Position numbers and translations under genes: made by a program. The notes beneath the pieces were generated by a model. It was not told the origin of the DNA. It saw only the letters and a list, made by a program, of their open reading frames with translations, and did no database searches. Positions 20,753 to 29,742 of a DNA stretch of 64,000 nt are shown one piece after another. How positions within the stretch are numbered: the stretch's first letter is position 1; each line of letters opens with the position of its first letter. This stretch comes from Gemmatimonadales bacterium (GTDB taxonomy: Bacteria; Gemmatimonadota; Gemmatimonadetes; Gemmatimonadales; GWC2-71-9): positions 797 through 64,796 of the forward strand of contig DATDEZ010000102.1 of assembly GCA_036522875.1 (NCBI GenBank), read 5' to 3'.

Positions 20753-22296
20753 CCAATCGCAGGCTGGCGGTCCTCGTCGTGCTGGGCGCGATCGCCCTCA
20801 CGCTCAGCTATCCGCCGTTTCCGCTGCCCATGCTCAGCTTCTTCGCGATCGTCCCCGCGGTGCTGCTCGTCCGCGCCGCGGCGCTCGCCGGCGATCCCCG
20901 CGCCGCGTTCCGCTACGGCTGGTGGTACGGGCTCATCACGAACGCGCTCGTGCTCTATTGGATGGTCGTCGCCCTCTGGCATTTCACGCCGTTCTCCGCG
21001 CTCGGCTATCTCGCCACCATCGCGATCATCGGCCTGCTGACGGCCGTGATGTTCTGGTTCGTCGTCCGGTTGCGCGTCGCGTTGCCCGGAGTGCCGCTGT
21101 GGATCGTCTTTCCGGTCGCCTGGACGATGCTCGAATGGGTGATCGGACATCTCGGCGACATTCGTTTTCCGTGGCTCGGGCTCGGCACGTCGCTCGCCGA
21201 CGCGCCCGTCCTCGTGCAGTGGGCGGACATCGCCGGCGCGCGCGGCGTGACGCTGTGGCTGGCGTGGTGCAACGTGGCGATCGTCGAGGCGGCGGCGGAC
21301 CTGCGCGATGCGCCGCATGCGCTGCGCCGGTACGCGATCGTTCTCGCGACACTGCTGCTCGCCGCGGGATATGGGCTGTGGCGGGTCAAGACGCTTCCGA
21401 TTCGCGACGTCGGGGTCGTCGGTCTGATTCAGCCCAACGAAGGATTCAGCGAGAAGTGGAATCCCGCGCACGCCGACAGCGCGATGCACACCCTGCTGTC
21501 GCTCTCGCAAGGTCTCGTGGCACGCCCGCCGAAGCCGCAGCTGCTCATCTGGCCCGAGGCGGCGATCCCCGGGTTCTTTCTCGACCACCCGCAATGGGAC
21601 GCCGAGGTCGGCACGTTCGTACGCGCGGAGCACGTGCCGCTCTTGACGGGCGGGCTCAACGCCGAGCCGGAGGAAGGCCGGGCGCGGGGGTACAGGATCT
21701 ACAACGCGACGTTCTTCTACGACACCACCGGCGATCGCACGCGCGCGCCGATCTATGCCAAACGCTATCTCGTGCCCGTGACCGAGAAGGTGCCGTTCGT
21801 TCCGGTCGCGCTGTTTCGGGCGATCCCGGGACTCGCGCGGTGGTCCGGCGCCTTCCGCTCCGGCCGCACCGCGCCGATTTACTCATCACCGCTCGGCCGG
21901 TTCGGCGTCGTCATTTGCTACGAGTCTGCGTTCGAGGGTGCGGCGCGCGCCTATCGCGCGAATGGCGCCAATTTTCTCATCAATGTGACGAACGACGCGT
22001 GGTTCGGCAGCACGAGCGCGCCGGCGCAGCACGCGTCGCACCTCGTGCTCCGCGCCATCGAGACCCGGATGGGGGTTGCGCGCGCCGCCAACTCCGGGAT
22101 CTCCGAGTTCGTCGATCCGCTCGGCCGCGCGTATGACGCCACGCGGATGAACCAGGCGGCATCGATCAGCGGCTTGCTGCGCACGAGCGACGTGATTCCG
22201 CTGTACGTCCGGCTTGGCGACTGGGTCGGCATCATGGTCGTCGTGCTCACGCTGCTTGGCGCCGCGTTCCTCGTCCGGCTGCGCTTGCGGCCATGA
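20749..22296 (+). CDS. lnt: Apolipoprotein N-acyltransferase
   Basis: Multi-TM N-terminus plus a CN-hydrolase domain (LLIWPEAA, VICYESAF catalytic Cys, NDAWFG). GTGA overlap. Confidence 0.85.
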   Translation: MTNRRLAVLVVLGAIALTLSYPPFPLPMLSFFAIVPAVLLVRAAALAGDPRAAFRYGWWYGLITNALVLYWMVVALWHFTPFSALGYLATIAIIGLLTAVMFWFVVRLRVALPGVPLWIVFPVAWTMLEWVIGHLGDIRFPWLGLGTSLADAPVLVQWADIAGARGVTLWLAWCNVAIVEAAADLRDAPHALRRYAIVLATLLLAAGYGLWRVKTLPIRDVGVVGLIQPNEGFSEKWNPAHADSAMHTLLSLSQGLVARPPKPQLLIWPEAAIPGFFLDHPQWDAEVGTFVRAEHVPLLTGGLNAEPEEGRARGYRIYNATFFYDTTGDRTRAPIYAKRYLVPVTEKVPFVPVALFRAIPGLARWSGAFRSGRTAPIYSSPLGRFGVVICYESAFEGAARAYRANGANFLINVTNDAWFGSTSAPAQHASHLVLRAIETRMGVARAANSGISEFVDPLGRAYDATRMNQAASISGLLRTSDVIPLYVRLGDWVGIMVVVLTLLGAAFLVRLRLRP

Positions 22297-24266
22297 CGCG
22301 CGTCGGCGTCGACGTCGGCGGGACGTTCACCGATCTCGTCGCGGTCCGACCCGACGGCGCGCTCGACATTCGCAAAGTGGCGAGCACGCCCGATGATCCG
22401 AGCGTCGGCCTGTTTCGATCGCTCGACGCATTGGGTTCGTCCACGACTATTGATGTGCTGGTCCACGGCACCACCGTGGCGACCAACGCGCTGCTGGAAC
22501 GGCGCGGTGCCCGTGTCGCGCTCGTCGCAACCGCCGGATTCGAGGACCTCCTGTGGCTGCGCCGGCAGGATCGCGCGTCCCTCTACGATCTGGCGCGCGG
22601 GCATCCGGCTCCGCTGGTCGACCGCGCGAACGTGGTGGGGGCGCGCGAGCGGATGGGACCCGATGGCGTGTTGCACGCGCTCACGGACGATGAAGTCACG
22701 CGCGTGGTCGACGCCGTCCGAGCGCTCGCTCCGGAAGCCGTCGCCGTCTCATTGCTGTTTGCGTTCCGCCACGGTGCGCACGAACGGCGACTTGCCGCCG
22801 CGCTGCGCGCCGCGTTGCCGGGCGTCCCCGTCGCCGCCAGCCACGAAGTGCTGCCCGTCTTCCGCGAATACGAGCGCACCAGTACGACCGCGGCCGAAGC
22901 GTATCTGCGCCCCAAGGTCGGTGCCTACCTCACGAACACCGGCGCGGCCGTGACGCCGCGCGGCGTGCGGGTGCTGCGGATCATGACGTCGAGTGGCGGC
23001 ACGCTCGGCCCGGCGCAAGCCGCGCAGCGCGCCGCGAGTCTCGCGCTCTCAGGGCCGGCGGGCGGCGTCGTCGGCGCCCGTCTGATCGGTGCCGCGGTGA
23101 ACGCGCCCGACCTGTTGACGCTCGACATGGGCGGAACGAGTGCCGACGCCAGCCTGATCACGGGTGGTGCGGCGCTGACGGAAGGGGCCGGAGCGGTCGC
23201 CGGCGTCCCGATCGCGCTGCCGGCGATTCTCATCGAGACGGTGAGCGCGGGTGGCGGCAGCGTCGCAACCCTCGATGAAGGCGGCGCGCTGCGGGTCGGA
23301 CCGCGGAGCGCCGGCGCGGTGCCCGGACCCGCGTGCTACGGGCGCGGCGGCACCGAGCCGACCGTCACGGACGCCTGTCTCGTGCTCGGCTGGCTGGACG
23401 CGGCGTTTTCGCTGGCCGATGCCGTACGGCTCGATCGCAATGCGGCTGAGCGCGCTGTGGCGCGGTTGGGGGACACGGAGGCGATGGCGGCGGGAATCGT
23501 CCAGGTGGCGACGGCGGTGATGGCGCGTGCCCTGAAGCGCGTCAGCGTCGCGCGCGGCATCGACCCGCGGGGCATGGCGTTGCTCCCCTTCGGCGGTGCC
23601 GGCCCCTTGTTTGGTTGCGCGCTCGCCGACGAGCTCGGCATGTCCCGCGTCGTCATTCCACCGCATCCAGGCGTGTTGAGCGCGCTCGGGCTCGCGGCCG
23701 CCCCGGAACGCGTCGACGTGGTCGCCTCGTTGCATCGAGCGGTCGATACGATTCGCGCCGGCGAGCTGGCCGGCGCATTTCAGCCGCTGCTGGCCGCTGC
23801 CCGGTCCGAGCTGCCCGGCGCGACGCTGAGCCGCGCGGCGGATTGTTGCTTCGCCGGCCAGGGCTATGAAGTGACCGTTCCCGTACTGGAGGATGACCCC
23901 GCTGCGCTGAGTGCCGCGTTTCGGGCGGCGCATCGCGCGCGGCACGGGCACGCCGATCCCGTGCAGGCCGTGCAGCTGGTGAACCTTCGGGTGATCGCCG
24001 AGCGCCCCGTGTCATTCGGCGCGTTCAGCAGTGAAGGCACGAATGGCGACGGCAAGAGCAAGAAGCGCGCGCGGCGCGGCATCGCGCTACGAGACCGCAC
24101 GCGCGTGCAGGCGGATGTCTATCCGCTCGGCGAAATGTCCGCGGGCGAAGTCGTGCAGGGCCCGGCGGTGCTCGCCGGCGCAGACGCGACCGCCCTGATC
24201 GAGCCGGGCTGGCGCGGGACGGTGCACCGCTCCGGCGCCGTCATCGTGGAGCGAGCCGGGACATGA
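22293..24266 (+). CDS. Hydantoinase/oxoprolinase family protein, A subunit (HyuA-like)
   Basis: VGVDVGGTFTDLV N-terminus, LTLDMGGTSADAS. ATGA overlap. Confidence 0.85.
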   Translation: MTRVGVDVGGTFTDLVAVRPDGALDIRKVASTPDDPSVGLFRSLDALGSSTTIDVLVHGTTVATNALLERRGARVALVATAGFEDLLWLRRQDRASLYDLARGHPAPLVDRANVVGARERMGPDGVLHALTDDEVTRVVDAVRALAPEAVAVSLLFAFRHGAHERRLAAALRAALPGVPVAASHEVLPVFREYERTSTTAAEAYLRPKVGAYLTNTGAAVTPRGVRVLRIMTSSGGTLGPAQAAQRAASLALSGPAGGVVGARLIGAAVNAPDLLTLDMGGTSADASLITGGAALTEGAGAVAGVPIALPAILIETVSAGGGSVATLDEGGALRVGPRSAGAVPGPACYGRGGTEPTVTDACLVLGWLDAAFSLADAVRLDRNAAERAVARLGDTEAMAAGIVQVATAVMARALKRVSVARGIDPRGMALLPFGGAGPLFGCALADELGMSRVVIPPHPGVLSALGLAAAPERVDVVASLHRAVDTIRAGELAGAFQPLLAAARSELPGATLSRAADCCFAGQGYEVTVPVLEDDPAALSAAFRAAHRARHGHADPVQAVQLVNLRVIAERPVSFGAFSSEGTNGDGKSKKRARRGIALRDRTRVQADVYPLGEMSAGEVVQGPAVLAGADATALIEPGWRGTVHRSGAVIVERAGT

Positions 24267-25786
24267 CGCTCGACGCCGTCGGGCTCGAGGTCATGGCCAA
24301 CGCGTTCGCGTCCATCGCGGAAGAGATGGGCCTGGTCCTGGTGCGGAGCGCCCTGTCCCCCAACATCCGCGAGCGGCGCGACGCCTCTGCCGCTCTCTTC
24401 GATGCGGACGGCGAGATGATCGCGCAAGCCGCGCACATCCCCGTGCATCTCGGCGCGCTGGGCGACGCCGTGGCCGCGGTGCGCGCGCTCGCGCCGCAGC
24501 CCGGCGAGCTCTTCCTTCTCAACGATCCCTATGCGGGTGGAAGCCATCTTCCGGACCTCACGCTCATCGGCGCAATCGACGTGGACGGACGCGTGGGGGG
24601 CTACAGCGTGGTCCGCGCGCACCATTCCGATATCGGTGGGATGACGCCGGGCAGCATGCCGGCCGGCGCGCGCGACCTCTACCAAGAAGGCCTCGTGATT
24701 CCGCCCACGCGGTACACGCCGGAGCTCGAGCGCCTCGTTCTGGCGAACGTCCGCACGCCGGTCGTGCGCCGCGGCGACCTCGCCGCCCAGCGTGCCGCGG
24801 TCGAGCGCGGTGCGGAAGGATTGCGCGCGCTCGCCCACCGTTACGGCCGCGAGCCGCTGAACGAAGCGGCGCGAGAGCTGCTCGCGTACGCGGAGCGGCG
24901 AACGCGCGCGATGCTGCGCGCCATGCCGGTCAGCGCGGCCGCGACCGATTACCTGGAGGGCGACGGCGTAACCGGCGACGACATCGCGATCACGGTCCGC
25001 GTGACGATCGCCGACGGCATCTTTCACGCCGATTTCGCAGGGACGAGCGCGGCGGTGCAGGGAAACGTGAACTGCCCGATCGCGGTGACGCGGTCGGCCG
25101 TGCTGTTCGTGGTCCGGACGCTGCTGCCCGACGATGTGCCCATGAACGGCGGCGTCTCCCGCGCGATTCGGGTGAGCGCGCCGCGCGGCGCGCTCGTCAA
25201 CGCGGAGCCGCCGAGCGCGGTGGCGGCGGGGAACGTGGAGACGTCGCAGCGGATCGCGGACGTGGTGTTTCGCGCGCTCGCGGCCGGCGGCCGCGATGTG
25301 CCCGCCCTGGGGCAAGGCACGATGAACAATCTGACATTCGGAGGATCTCGGAGCCCGGAGTCAGGAGCTTGGACGTACTACGAAACCATTGGTGGTGGAC
25401 AAGGCGCGAGCCGTGGCGCGAATGGTCCGTCCGGCGTGCACGTCGGGATGTCGAACACGCTGAACACGCCGATCGAAGTCCTCGAGCTCGAGCATCCGCT
25501 CCGCGTGCGCACGTACGCGCTGCGTCGGGGCAGCGGGGGACGAGGGACGTGGGACGGCGGCGATGGCGTGGTGCGCGAGTTCGAAGCGTTGGCGCCGGCG
25601 GAAGCGACGTTGCTGACGGAGCGGCGGCGACACGGGCCGGCAGGCGGTTCCGGCGGGGCGGCCGGGGCGCCGGGCACCAATCAGCTCAATGGCGTGGCGC
25701 TGCCGTCGAAGGTCACGCTGCGTCTGTCCGCGGGGGACATTCTCCGCATCGAAACCCCGGGCGGTGGCGGCTGGGGAAGGGAGTGA
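24263..25786 (+). CDS. Hydantoinase B/oxoprolinase family protein (HyuB-like)
   Basis: FLLNDPYAGGSHLPD and GNVETSQRI motifs. ATGA overlap with hyuA. Confidence 0.85.
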   Translation: MTLDAVGLEVMANAFASIAEEMGLVLVRSALSPNIRERRDASAALFDADGEMIAQAAHIPVHLGALGDAVAAVRALAPQPGELFLLNDPYAGGSHLPDLTLIGAIDVDGRVGGYSVVRAHHSDIGGMTPGSMPAGARDLYQEGLVIPPTRYTPELERLVLANVRTPVVRRGDLAAQRAAVERGAEGLRALAHRYGREPLNEAARELLAYAERRTRAMLRAMPVSAAATDYLEGDGVTGDDIAITVRVTIADGIFHADFAGTSAAVQGNVNCPIAVTRSAVLFVVRTLLPDDVPMNGGVSRAIRVSAPRGALVNAEPPSAVAAGNVETSQRIADVVFRALAAGGRDVPALGQGTMNNLTFGGSRSPESGAWTYYETIGGGQGASRGANGPSGVHVGMSNTLNTPIEVLELEHPLRVRTYALRRGSGGRGTWDGGDGVVREFEALAPAEATLLTERRRHGPAGGSGGAAGAPGTNQLNGVALPSKVTLRLSAGDILRIETPGGGGWGRE

Positions 25787-25787
25787 C

Positions 25788-26144
25788 ATGACCTGGTTTC
25801 TGATTTCGTTGTTGGGCCTGTTCGCGGGCGTCGTATCGGGGCTGTTCGGCGTGGGTGGCGCCGTCGTCATCATTCCCGGCCTCGTGCTGATCGGGCGATT
25901 GCAGCAACACACCGCGCACGGCACGTCGCTGGCTGCGCTGCTCTTGCCTGTGGGCTTACTGGGCGTCTTGCAGTACGCCAAGCGCGATCAGGTGCACTGG
26001 GGGTTCGCGGCGGTCATTGCCGGCGGTCTGCTCATCGGCGCCTACTTCGGCGCTCGGCTCGCCGTGTCGATTCCCGATGTGACGCTGCGCCGCATGTTCG
26101 GCGGATTCCTGCTGCTGATTTCGGTGAAGCTCTTGTTCTTCTAG
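25788..26144 (+). CDS. Half-size TauE/SafE (DUF81) family membrane protein (118 aa)
   Basis: GLFGVGGAVVIIPGL and a C-terminal FGGFLLLISVKLLF. About 4 TM, roughly half the usual 250 aa. Confidence 0.6.
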   Translation: MTWFLISLLGLFAGVVSGLFGVGGAVVIIPGLVLIGRLQQHTAHGTSLAALLLPVGLLGVLQYAKRDQVHWGFAAVIAGGLLIGAYFGARLAVSIPDVTLRRMFGGFLLLISVKLLFF

Positions 26145-28096
26145 GGGGCGTCGGCTTCGCTCACCTGGCGCTGAAAGACTTTCGCGTCGATGAACAGCTT
26201 GAAGAGATCGGCGTCCAGCTGGCCCTCGGTGACTTCCGTCGTGAGGATGTCGAGGGCGCGGTCGTTCGAGACGGCGCGCTTGTACGGACGGTCCTGCGCC
26301 GTGAGCGCGTCGTAGATGTCGCTGATCGTCATCATGCGCGTCTGAAGCGGGATCGCATCCGCGGTGATGCGCCGTGGGTAGCCGCGCCCGTCCATCTTTT
26401 CGTGATGCCCATAGGCGATGAGCGGGATCTGCTGCAGCTCGCGCGTCCACGGAATGCGCTGCAGGAACTGATACGTGTGCGTCACATGACTTTCGATCTC
26501 GTGGCGCTCGGCGTCGTCCAGGCTGCCTTTGCGGATCGTGAGGTAGCGCACCTCGTCGGGTGAGAGAAACGGCTCGGTGTTGCCGTCGAGCCCGCAGTAG
26601 GTCCGATGCGACCACGCCTTCAGCTCATCGAAGCTCCCATCCGGCAGAATCGTCGGCTCGTTCGCTTGCAGCACGATCTCCAGGAAGCGATCGAGATCGG
26701 CGAGCTCCGCCTTGTGCGCGTCCTCCAGCTCCTTGACGAAGCCGTCGTAGCCGCGCTTGCCGTTCTCCTCCAGGAATTCCGCGCGCTTGCGCCAGAACTC
26801 TCGTTCCGCGGTGCGGCGAATGAAGGCGTGTCGATGCCGCACGAGACTCAGGTCGGAGGGATAGAGCTTCTTCGCCTTGATCAGCACCTGCTCGCGCACG
26901 CCGACCTTGCCGAAATCGTGGAGCAGGGCGGCGTAGCGGATCTCCTTCAGCTGCTCGCGCGAGAACTTCACCAATCGGTAGGGGCCGTCCGCCGCGCGAT
27001 CGACGACCTCGGCGAGACCGACCGTCATGCCGGCGACCCGGCCCGAGTGACCGTACGTGGTCGGGTCGCGCTGTTCGATCGCGTGGACCGCCGCCAGCAC
27101 GAACCCCTCGAACAGCTTTTCGATGTCCTCGTACAGGCGGCCGTTCTCGATGGCGACGGCGGCCTGTCCCGCCAGCGCGGTCACCAGCTCGACGGTGCGC
27201 TTGGAGTACGGCACGACCTGCTTGTCCACGTCGGCCGGCGTCGCGAGCACCGCCTCGAGATTGCGCTTGCGGTTGATGAGCTGCAGCACGCCGATGATCT
27301 CGTCCTTGTGATCCTTCATCGGGATCACGAGCATCGACTTGGTGCGATAGCCGTAACGCTCGTCGAACGAGCGGTTGATCGTGTACTCGACGTCCGGCGG
27401 CAGGAAGTACGCGTCGTCGATGACGAGCGGATCGCCGGTGACGGCGCAGTAACCCGCGAGGCTGCCGCGGTCCACCGGAATCGTGTGCTCGACGAAAGGC
27501 GCCTCCGGCTTCGAGTACGTCTGCGCCAGCCGGAAGCGCAGCCGCTTGTCGCCGTTCGCGTTTACTTCGACAAGATACAAGCTGCCGGCGTCCGACTGCG
27601 TGATGCGGCGCGACTGCGTGAGAATCAGATCGAGCAGCGTCTTGATGTCGCGCTCGGTGCCGAGGGCGACGCCGATGCGCGTCAGCTCGCCGATCTCGCG
27701 CGCGCGCTGCGCGGCCTCCGCGCGCGCCCGCGCGGTCTCGGCGCGGGCGGCGGCCTCGCGGAATCCGGCGCGCACGGCCAGGAGCAGCCGGCGCGGGCTC
27801 GTGGGATACGTCAGGAAGCCGGACAGGAATTCCGTCGGCAAGCCTTCGGGGACCTCTGTTTCGCCCTCGCGCCCCAGCGCGACGATTCCGCCGCCCGCGT
27901 CGACGAACGACCGCATGATGTCTACGGGGAACCGCGAGCGGCTGTCGGCGTCCAGCAGGAACACGGTCGGCCGGTCGTCCGCAACGACCAGCTCCTTGGG
28001 CTGGTGCACGGCGCGCGCTTCCACCTGCGCCGTCTTGAGCGCCGGGTCCACGCCGTCCGAGCGCCACTGCGGCGCGTGCAGGAGCAGATACCTCAC
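26141..28096 (-). CDS. Receiver-like / GAF / HD-GYP three-domain protein (putative cyclic dinucleotide phosphodiesterase)
   Basis: GAF region (SDAGSLYLVE...MLVIPMKD...IGVLQLINRK). HD (YGHSGRVAGM...ALLHDFGKVGV) and GYP (GHHEKMDGRGYP...ISDIYDALTAQDRPYK). GTG 28096 overlaps the mlaD TGA. Confidence 0.85.
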   Translation of the reverse strand: MRYLLLHAPQWRSDGVDPALKTAQVEARAVHQPKELVVADDRPTVFLLDADSRSRFPVDIMRSFVDAGGGIVALGREGETEVPEGLPTEFLSGFLTYPTSPRRLLLAVRAGFREAAARAETARARAEAAQRAREIGELTRIGVALGTERDIKTLLDLILTQSRRITQSDAGSLYLVEVNANGDKRLRFRLAQTYSKPEAPFVEHTIPVDRGSLAGYCAVTGDPLVIDDAYFLPPDVEYTINRSFDERYGYRTKSMLVIPMKDHKDEIIGVLQLINRKRNLEAVLATPADVDKQVVPYSKRTVELVTALAGQAAVAIENGRLYEDIEKLFEGFVLAAVHAIEQRDPTTYGHSGRVAGMTVGLAEVVDRAADGPYRLVKFSREQLKEIRYAALLHDFGKVGVREQVLIKAKKLYPSDLSLVRHRHAFIRRTAEREFWRKRAEFLEENGKRGYDGFVKELEDAHKAELADLDRFLEIVLQANEPTILPDGSFDELKAWSHRTYCGLDGNTEPFLSPDEVRYLTIRKGSLDDAERHEIESHVTHTYQFLQRIPWTRELQQIPLIAYGHHEKMDGRGYPRRITADAIPLQTRMMTISDIYDALTAQDRPYKRAVSNDRALDILTTEVTEGQLDADLFKLFIDAKVFQRQVSEADAP

Positions 28097-29010
28097 GGCT
28101 TGGCGCCCACCGTGCCGCGGCCGCTGTCGGCCGCGTGGGCGGAATCGCGTTGCACCGGGGGCAGCGGCTTCACGCCGGTGAGCGCCCGGAACGGCCGCCG
28201 CGACATCTGGTCGACGAAGTTGTTGAGCTGCCGCGAGGCCTCGGTGAGGTTCGCGACCGTCGCCCGCAGGTCGCTGCGGTTCTCGCTCGCGAGCGAGTGC
28301 GCCTCGCGGGCGAGGCTGTCGAGGCGCAGCAGCAGGCGGTTCGTGTTGGCGACCGCGGTCGACACCGAGTCGGCGAGACCGCGCTGCGAGAAGCGGTTCA
28401 CCATCGAATCGAGCCGGCCCATCGTCGACGCCACGCCGGTCAGCGTGCGCTCGACGTCGGGCGTGACGTCGCGCAGCGTGGACTGCACGCGCACGAGCGT
28501 CTGCGTCGCGGTTCGTACCATCTCCTGCACGCGTTGCGAGAGCTGGTCGGCGACCTCGGCGACGGCGTCGAGCGCGTTGCCCTTGCGGTGCGAATCGAGC
28601 GTGTCACCGGCATGCAGATAGGCGCGATGGCCGCGGATCGAATCGGGCAGGATCAGGCGGATCGAGACGGCGGGCGAGATCTGACTCGCCTGGACCAGGT
28701 CGGCCCGCGTGCCGATCGGCAGCTGCAGGCTCGAGCCGTCCTGGAACCGCTCCTTCACGGACATTCTGGCGACGAACGAAATGCGGCGCGTCAGCGAGTC
28801 CACGCGCGGCGAGATGCCGGTGACCTGCCCGACGTCGAGTCCTTCGATCACGACCGCGGTCCCCGGGGAAATCCCGTCGGCGCTCGCCACGCGCAGAAAG
28901 AGATCATAGCGGCGCTCGCCCCAACCGCTGGTCGCGATGAGGGCGCCGATCACGAGTGCAATCGTGCCGACGATGAACAGTCCGACGTAGAAGTCCTGCC
29001 GCGTTTCCAC
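28093..29010 (-). CDS. MlaD/MCE-domain protein
   Basis: N-terminal TM (FYVGLFIVGTIALVIGAL), MCE fold (LRVASADGISPGTAVVIEGLDVGQVTGI), long helical C-terminus. Confidence 0.8.
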   Translation of the reverse strand: METRQDFYVGLFIVGTIALVIGALIATSGWGERRYDLFLRVASADGISPGTAVVIEGLDVGQVTGISPRVDSLTRRISFVARMSVKERFQDGSSLQLPIGTRADLVQASQISPAVSIRLILPDSIRGHRAYLHAGDTLDSHRKGNALDAVAEVADQLSQRVQEMVRTATQTLVRVQSTLRDVTPDVERTLTGVASTMGRLDSMVNRFSQRGLADSVSTAVANTNRLLLRLDSLAREAHSLASENRSDLRATVANLTEASRQLNNFVDQMSRRPFRALTGVKPLPPVQRDSAHAADSGRGTVGAKP

Positions 29011-29040
29011 CCGTCCCTCGTCCCCGTCCGCCCGGCTCGC

Positions 29041-29739
29041 TCAGACCGTCTCGAGCTCGAGCACGCCCGCGCGCGTCAGCCGGTACACGTGATCGACGCG
29101 ACGCAGGATGATCGGCGGAATCTCCTGGCCGGTGATGAAAATCGTGCGCCGCGCGCCTTCGGCCGACTCGCCGCCGCGCGCGATCTCCAGCAGCTCCGAG
29201 GCGACGCGCGCCGTGAGCCCGTCGAACGGCTGCTCCAGCACCAGCAGGGCGGGGTCGAACGCGATCGCCCGCGCCAGCGCCGCCCGCCGCCGTTCCTCTT
29301 CATTGGCCTGCGCCGGCCGCAGCGCCGCCGCGCCCGTGAGTCGCAACGCCGTCAGCATGACGGTGACGCGGCCCTCGATATCGCGAGGGCTCGCGCCGCT
29401 GCCGAAGCGCAACGGCAGCGCCACATTGTCACGCAGGGAAAGATTTTGCAGTAGACCGTCGCCGGCCGGAAGGTATCCCACGCGGCGACGGAACGCTAAT
29501 CGCTCCGGCTCGCGGAGCCCGGCGATGACCGTGCCGAACACGAGCGCGCGGCCCGCCGCGGGGCGCTCCAGGCCCAGCGCGTATCCGCCCAGCAGGCCCA
29601 CGCCCGAATCCTCGTCTCCGAGCACGGCCACGGTGCGCCGCTCCGGCACCTCCAGCGAAAAGGGCGCCGAGGCCTGGCGCGCGATCGGAATCGTTTCGAA
29701 TGCCAGCGGCGTGGGGTGGGAGGGGTGTGCGGGAGTCAT
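29041..29739 (-). CDS. MlaF-like ABC nucleotide-binding-domain homolog with all catalytic motifs degenerate (pseudo-ATPase)
   Basis: ABC-NBD layout is recognisable (RRRVGYLP..., RRAALARAIAFDPALLVLEQPFDGL). Walker A reads GDEDSGVG, the signature reads ANEEE, Walker B reads LLVLEQ, and the H-loop His is Gly. Confidence 0.65.
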   Translation of the reverse strand: MTPAHPSHPTPLAFETIPIARQASAPFSLEVPERRTVAVLGDEDSGVGLLGGYALGLERPAAGRALVFGTVIAGLREPERLAFRRRVGYLPAGDGLLQNLSLRDNVALPLRFGSGASPRDIEGRVTVMLTALRLTGAAALRPAQANEEERRRAALARAIAFDPALLVLEQPFDGLTARVASELLEIARGGESAEGARRTIFITGQEIPPIILRRVDHVYRLTRAGVLELETV

Positions 29740-29742
29740 CGG

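Noticed and set aside
26606-28621. 671-aa plus-strand ORF
   Set aside because: It is antisense to the GAF/HD-GYP gene and to the mlaD 3' part. The translation is low complexity and R/D/E/L-rich. It is a shadow ORF.
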